From assembly GCA_003647715.1 (NCBI GenBank), contig QMNJ01000001.1:1-38671 (forward strand): 38,671 nt of DNA. Reading direction: 5' to 3'. Shown here one piece after another: positions 33,865 through 38,671 of this stretch (positions within the stretch are counted from its first letter, which is position 1; the number at the start of each line of letters is the position of its first letter). A program made the position numbers and the translations under genes. This stretch comes from Candidatus Coatesbacteria bacterium (GTDB taxonomy: Bacteria; RBG-13-66-14; B26-G2). The notes under the pieces were generated by a model. The model saw only the letters and a list, made by a program, of their open reading frames with translations, made no database searches and was not told where the DNA came from.

Positions 33865-35241
33865 ATGATGTTTGAGAAGATATTAATAGCAAATAGAGGG
33901 GAGATTGCAGTAAGGATTATCAGGGCTGCAAGGGAGATGGGAATAAAGACGGTGATTGCTTGTTCGGAGGCAGACAGGAATTCCCTCGCTTCACGACTTG
34001 CAGATGAGGTAATATGTATAGGTCCGCCTGAATCGGCTAAGTCATATCTCAATATACCCAGGATTATCAGTGCAGCAGAAATTACAGGCGTGGATGCTAT
34101 TCACCCTGGATATGGCTTCCTCGCCGAAAACTCCTACTTCGCAGAGGCGGTTGAGGCATCAAATATTGTGTTCATTGGTCCGCCGTATAGGGCAATAGGT
34201 CTTATGGGGGATAAGGCGTTCGCCAGAAGCACAATGCGTGAGCACAGAGTTCCGATACTACCGGGTAGCGATGGTGGTCTTACTGACCAGAAGACCGCTC
34301 TCAAGGTGGCTCACGATATTGGCTACCCCATTATGGTAAAAGCGGTGGCGGGTGGTGGTGGTAGAGGAATGAGGATTGTTCATAATGATGATACAATGAG
34401 GAAGGCGGTTGAGATGGCTTCATCAGAGGCGAATGTTGCATTCGGCAACCCTGAGATATATCTTGAGAAATACCTTATTGAGCCAAGACATATAGAGATA
34501 CAGGTCATTGCTGATAAGCACGGTAATACCGTCTATCTGGGTGAACGCGAGTGCTCAATTCAGAGAAGGCACCAGAAACTGCTTGAGGAGGCGCCGTCAA
34601 TCGCTATTGATGAGGAGACCAGAAAGAGGATGGGTGAGGCGGCAGTCAGAGCATGCAAGGCGGTTGGTTACTACAGCGCCGGAACGGTGGAATTCCTTTT
34701 AGACAAGGATGGCAATTTCTACTTTATGGAGATGAACACCAGAATTCAGGTTGAACATCCTGTTACCGAGATGATTACGGGTATTGACCTCATCAAGTCA
34801 CAGATACTTGTCGCTATGGGAGAGAAATTACCCTTTAAGCAGAAAGACATAAGCATAGACGGTCATGCCATAGAGTGTCGGATAAATGCTGAAGACCCCG
34901 AGAGGGGATTTGCCCCATCTCCTGGAACCATAAAAGGTCTCATACTCCCTGGAGGTCTGGGAGTGAGGGTTGATACCCATATCTATCAGGGCTATACCGT
35001 CCCACCATATTACGATTCGCTGGTGGCAAAGTTGATATGCTGGGGCAGGGACAGGGAAGAGGCGAGGATTAGGACTGCTCGTGCTCTTGATGAATTCGTG
35101 ATTGAGGGTATTAAGACCACCATTCCATTCCAGAAGCGTGTTGTGGTCTCTGACCTGTTTAAGTCGGGAGACCTTTCAACCTCATTTATTGAACGACTTG
35201 AAAAGAATGAAAAATCTATTGGGGTAGATAAATCAGAGTAA
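33865..35241 (+). CDS. accC: Acetyl-CoA carboxylase biotin carboxylase subunit
   Basis: [61 protein letters not shown]. The start is set at the ATG at 33865. The track ORF start (33742) would add 41 aa and overlap the M48 gene. Confidence 0.97.
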   Translation: MMFEKILIANRGEIAVRIIRAAREMGIKTVIACSEADRNSLASRLADEVICIGPPESAKSYLNIPRIISAAEITGVDAIHPGYGFLAENSYFAEAVEASNIVFIGPPYRAIGLMGDKAFARSTMREHRVPILPGSDGGLTDQKTALKVAHDIGYPIMVKAVAGGGGRGMRIVHNDDTMRKAVEMASSEANVAFGNPEIYLEKYLIEPRHIEIQVIADKHGNTVYLGERECSIQRRHQKLLEEAPSIAIDEETRKRMGEAAVRACKAVGYYSAGTVEFLLDKDGNFYFMEMNTRIQVEHPVTEMITGIDLIKSQILVAMGEKLPFKQKDISIDGHAIECRINAEDPERGFAPSPGTIKGLILPGGLGVRVDTHIYQGYTVPPYYDSLVAKLICWGRDREEARIRTARALDEFVIEGIKTTIPFQKRVVVSDLFKSGDLSTSFIERLEKNEKSIGVDKSE

Positions 35242-35266
35242 TTGAAGTAGAAAAGGGGATGCATTT

Positions 35267-36004
35267 ATGAGGATTGATGTTACCTTCACTCCTGGTGAAT
35301 TAAAAGCATACCTTGCGAATTCTGATAGAAATCATAGGAGATTAATTGTAATTATTGATGTTCTGAGAGCCACCACAACAATAATCACAGCGTTGAAGAA
35401 TAAGGCGATATGGGTTCTACCTGTATTAGCACCTGAAGAAGCATTTGAGATGAAGAAGGTATATGGCGACGCAATCCTTGCCGGTGAGAGAGACGGTGAG
35501 AAGATTGATGGTTTTGACCTTGGGAATTCACCGTTTGAATTTACGGAGGAAGTAGTTGCAGGCAGGGGCATCATACAATCTACCACAAATGGAACGGTCA
35601 ACATCAGGTATGCTATGGGGTATGGAGAGGTGATAATCTGTTCATTCATCAACATCAACGCTGTAAGAAGGTTTTGCCTTGATTATAATGCGGATATACT
35701 TGTTGCATGTTCAGGAAGGTATAACATTATGTGTCTGGAGGATGCGGTGTGTGCTGGAATTTTAGTTGAGGGCATTATTGAGCAATCAGATTGTTACCGT
35801 TATGAGATGGATTCAGTTATAATATCAATGCACTTATATGATGAATGTAGGAATGAGATACTTGGTATGCTTAAGAAATCTCAGCATGGAAGGTATTTAA
35901 CCTCACTTGGGTATGGAAGGGACCTTGAGTTTTCAGCCAAGGTTGACAGCACAGATATTGTTCCGTATATTGCAGATGACAGAGTGGTAATAGGTTTACA
36001 ATGA
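35267..36004 (+). CDS. 2-phosphosulfolactate phosphatase (ComB) family protein
   Basis: IIDVLRATTTIITAL and LAGERDGEKIDGFDLGNSP are the ComB-family signature regions. AAAGGGGA SD present. Confidence 0.85.
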   Translation: MRIDVTFTPGELKAYLANSDRNHRRLIVIIDVLRATTTIITALKNKAIWVLPVLAPEEAFEMKKVYGDAILAGERDGEKIDGFDLGNSPFEFTEEVVAGRGIIQSTTNGTVNIRYAMGYGEVIICSFININAVRRFCLDYNADILVACSGRYNIMCLEDAVCAGILVEGIIEQSDCYRYEMDSVIISMHLYDECRNEILGMLKKSQHGRYLTSLGYGRDLEFSAKVDSTDIVPYIADDRVVIGLQ

Positions 36005-36013
36005 TGTTAATAT

Positions 36014-37357
36014 ATGGTTATGGATGATATTAAGAGTGATGAAAGAGATAGTTTAAAAAAGAGGGCTGATAATTACCTCAGAAGGGCGATAGAATACGAG
36101 AGGGATGGGTATGTAGAGATGGCGAGTTTGGAGTATGTCCACTATGCAGATATTTTATGGCAGATGGGTAATAAGGAAGAATCAATCAAATATTATGAGA
36201 CCGCTGACCGCCTTTCTCCATTGAGTTCTCATTTCAGAAATAACCTGGGAGATATGTATTACGACCTGGGGAAGAGGGAGCTGGCGGCGAGGGAGTATGC
36301 CAAGGTGGTGGGGCTTTATGCCGAACAGGGTCTTCTTGATTCAGCGATAAGATTATGCAGGTCGTTTTTAGAGAAACTACCTGGCAATATTACTCTTATG
36401 TATGAACTGGCAGAATTGTATATGAAATCAGAGAGAACTCAGAAAGCGGTTAATGAGTATCAGAGAATTATTGACGAGGAGGGCGAGGGTATCGCATTGG
36501 CACACGAACGGCTTGGAGATATCTATGCCAGGCGTGGTTCTACTAAGGAGGCGCTTCACAACTACCTCAAAGCGGCGAATGAGTATTTCAAGGAGAGAGA
36601 ATTATCAGAAGCGATAGAGCAGTATAGGAACATTCTGAAGTTGAAACCTGAGAGTGTCGCCGCAAGACAGCGACTGGTGGAGCTTCTGGCAATGAAGAAG
36701 GACAAGAAATCGCTGACGGAGGAGTTGCTTGCTCTCGCTGACATTCTGATGAAGCAAGGCAAGAAAGAGATGGCGTTATCCACCTACACAAAAGTGAGAG
36801 AGATTGAACCGTCTAATCTTCAAGCACAAAAGAGGTTGAGCGAGGCATTACGACTGGCAACGGTGGAGGAGGCAACGGGTGGACTGGAAATTGACGAGAG
36901 GATGAGTAATGAAGTGATGTCAAGTTTGGATTCCATAGTAAAGGAATTAGGGGGGACGGATACTGAAGAGGCGGAAGAGACCATAAAGGATGCAGAGACC
37001 CATTATAACCTTGGGACTGGGTATCTTGAGATGGATTTGTATGACGATGCGATAAGGGAATTGCAAATGGCGAGCAGGAATAAACGGTTGAGAGCAAAGG
37101 CGTGCAATATTCTGGGCTTGTGTTTTATGGAGAAAGGTGATGTGGAGATGGCAATAAGGGAGTATATACGGGGTTTAAAGGCGGTGGAGAATGAGTATGA
37201 AGAATTGGGTTTGAGGTATAATCTTGCGAGTGCCTATGAGTATGCTGGTGAGTTGAAAAAGGCACTAGACCAGCTTATAGATATATATGTAGTGGATGTG
37301 AACTATCTGGATGTGAAGGAGAAGATTGAATCAATAAAGAATAGATTATCTAAATAG
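36014..37357 (+). CDS. TPR-repeat protein
   Basis: 447 aa with repeated 34-aa TPR-like units (e.g. LGDMYYDLGKRELAAREYAKVVGLYAEQG; LGDIYARRGSTKEALHNYLKAANEY; YNLGTGYLEMDLYDDAIRELQMA). Confidence 0.75.
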   Translation: MVMDDIKSDERDSLKKRADNYLRRAIEYERDGYVEMASLEYVHYADILWQMGNKEESIKYYETADRLSPLSSHFRNNLGDMYYDLGKRELAAREYAKVVGLYAEQGLLDSAIRLCRSFLEKLPGNITLMYELAELYMKSERTQKAVNEYQRIIDEEGEGIALAHERLGDIYARRGSTKEALHNYLKAANEYFKERELSEAIEQYRNILKLKPESVAARQRLVELLAMKKDKKSLTEELLALADILMKQGKKEMALSTYTKVREIEPSNLQAQKRLSEALRLATVEEATGGLEIDERMSNEVMSSLDSIVKELGGTDTEEAEETIKDAETHYNLGTGYLEMDLYDDAIRELQMASRNKRLRAKACNILGLCFMEKGDVEMAIREYIRGLKAVENEYEELGLRYNLASAYEYAGELKKALDQLIDIYVVDVNYLDVKEKIESIKNRLSK

Positions 37358-37377
37358 TTTAAAACATTTTTTGTAAT

Positions 37378-37422
37378 AAGCCCTGAAGTATATCACTATA
37401 ATCGGGGCTTGTATTCTTTATT
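37378..37422 (+). terminator. Probable intrinsic terminator between convergent genes
   Basis: Hairpin AAGCCCTGA (37378-37386) / TCGGGGCTT (37402-37410): 9 bp including one G-U, with an inner TATA/TATA stem. GTATTCTTTATT follows on the plus strand. The T-tract is imperfect. Confidence 0.45.
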
Positions 37423-37441
37423 GGTATAAATATAACTCTAA

Positions 37442-38671
37442 TTACATCCCATACTTCTCTATTATCTCTTCCCTGCTCTTGCCGAGTATGTCATACTTCT
37501 TACCAACCTTAATAAACGCTTCAATCGCCTTGTCAAGATGCTCCTTCTCGTGCGCCGCAGATAGTTGCACCCTTATCCTCGCCTGCCCCTTTGGAACAAC
37601 CGGGAAGAAGAAACCTATGACATATATACCCTCATCATAGAGGTCCTTTGCCATATTCTGTGCAAGTTGCGCATTATACAGCATTATCGGCACTATCGGG
37701 TGGACACCTGGACGGATGTCAAAGCCCGCCTCTGTCATCTTCTCGCGGAAGTACTTGGTATTCCACTCTAATTTATCTCTCCTCTCTGTGGTTTCTGAAA
37801 GAATGTCAATAACCCTGCTCGCTGCGTTGATAATGACGGGTGGGACAGTATTGGAGAATAGATATGGGCGTCCCTTCTGACGGTAAATCTCTATCAGTTC
37901 CTTTCTCCCACTTATGCAACCACCACTTGCACCACCCAGTGCCTTTCCCAGCGTGGTAGTAATGAGGTCTATACGACCCACAACCCCACAGTGCTCGTGT
38001 GTCCCACGCCCGGTCTTACCCATAAATCCCGTTGCGTGTGAGTCGTCAACCATAACCATTGCGTCGTATTTTTCTGCAAGGTCACATATCTTATCAAGTG
38101 GTGCTATATCACCATCCATTGAAAAGACACCATCTGTTGCTATAACCCTGAAGCGCTTGTCTTGATGCATATCCAGTTTCTTCTCCAGATGCTTCATATC
38201 AAGGTGTTTGTATGAATCCTGCTGAGCAGAGGCAAGACGGATACCGTCTATGATAGATGCGTGGTTTAATCGGTCAGAGATGATGATGTCATCTTTGGTG
38301 AAAGCTGCTTCAAAGACCGCCGCATTGGCATCCATACAGGAAGAAAACAATATTGTATCCTCAGTGCCGAGGAACTCGCTCAGTTTTTTCTCTAATTCGC
38401 GGTGAATATCCTGGGTTCCACAGATGAAACGCACCGAGCTCATGCCATAGCCCCTCTTATCCAACCCTTCACGTGCTGCTTTCATAACCTCCGGGTGGCT
38501 TGAGAGACCCAGATAGTTGTTGGCGCACAAGTTGATTACCTTTCGTGGCTCTGCACCCTCAGGGAACTCAACCTCAATGTCGGCGGACTGAGGCGAGTGA
38601 ATATATCGCTCCTCCTTGAATAGACCCTGCTCCTTTAAGTCGTTTAGTTCGTTTGCAAAAAACTCTCTTGC
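37442..38671 (-). CDS. kbl: 2-amino-3-ketobutyrate CoA ligase (glycine C-acetyltransferase), 5'-truncated by the window edge
   Basis: Colinear with E. coli Kbl: CANNYLGL, SVRFICGTQDIHRELE, ATDGVFSMDGDIAPL, VDDSHATGF, PLP-lysine region TTLGKALGGASGG, PVVPKGQARIRVQLSAAH. The frame stays open from 38530 to 38671 (..LKEQGLFKEERYIHSPQSADIEV..), so the real start lies outside the window. Confidence 0.95.
   Translation of the reverse strand, partial: AREFFANELNDLKEQGLFKEERYIHSPQSADIEVEFPEGAEPRKVINLCANNYLGLSSHPEVMKAAREGLDKRGYGMSSVRFICGTQDIHRELEKKLSEFLGTEDTILFSSCMDANAAVFEAAFTKDDIIISDRLNHASIIDGIRLASAQQDSYKHLDMKHLEKKLDMHQDKRFRVIATDGVFSMDGDIAPLDKICDLAEKYDAMVMVDDSHATGFMGKTGRGTHEHCGVVGRIDLITTTLGKALGGASGGCISGRKELIEIYRQKGRPYLFSNTVPPVIINAASRVIDILSETTERRDKLEWNTKYFREKMTEAGFDIRPGVHPIVPIMLYNAQLAQNMAKDLYDEGIYVIGFFFPVVPKGQARIRVQLSAAHEKEHLDKAIEAFIKVGKKYDILGKSREEIIEKYGM

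Overview
AT-rich bacterial chromosomal window. Many starts have GGAGG-type Shine-Dalgarno sites, and the GT9 and TonB_C-like genes suggest a diderm, possibly uncultivated, lineage. About 30 genes fall into five blocks. (1) 127-8685, minus strand: rpoN-lpdA-lipA-hpf-ptsN-hprK-EIIA(Man)-degenerate EIIB(Man)-ptsH-ptsI, a permease-less regulatory PTS attached to sigma-54. (2) 9125-16826, plus strand: a 2177-aa predicted surface protein with an N-terminal signal/anchor, 8 FG-GAP-like blades and 16 tandem 107-108-aa Asp-box modules joined by DNNxPP linkers. Ten nt downstream is a GYF / coiled-coil / TM / AgmX-PglI (TonB_C-like) protein with the domain order of Myxococcus GltJ. (3) 16840-27123, minus strand: seven tightly packed genes, five of six junctions overlapping (ECF S-component-like protein, fused EcfA-type double ATPase, YfhO-type GT-C, PMT/ArnT-type GT-C, GT4, second PMT/ArnT-type GT-C, GT9). 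(4) tRNA-Lys(UUU) with a near-consensus promoter, followed by an alkaline-phosphatase-superfamily protein whose catalytic residues appear substituted. (5) 29136-37422, plus strand: promoter, TPR protein, two Roadblock/LC7 (MglB-like) proteins, efp, accB, an M48 protease inserted before accC, a ComB-like phosphatase, a second TPR protein and a terminator hairpin. A 5'-truncated kbl runs off the right edge. I see no rRNA, CRISPR, transposase or integrase. The best candidate for an undescribed system is the giant repeat adhesin plus GltJ-like partner. It lies convergent with the GT-C/ECF glycosylation operon, and MglB-like Roadblock genes lie 12.4 kb downstream of the GltJ-like gene. All family assignments come from motif recognition by eye, not from database searches.
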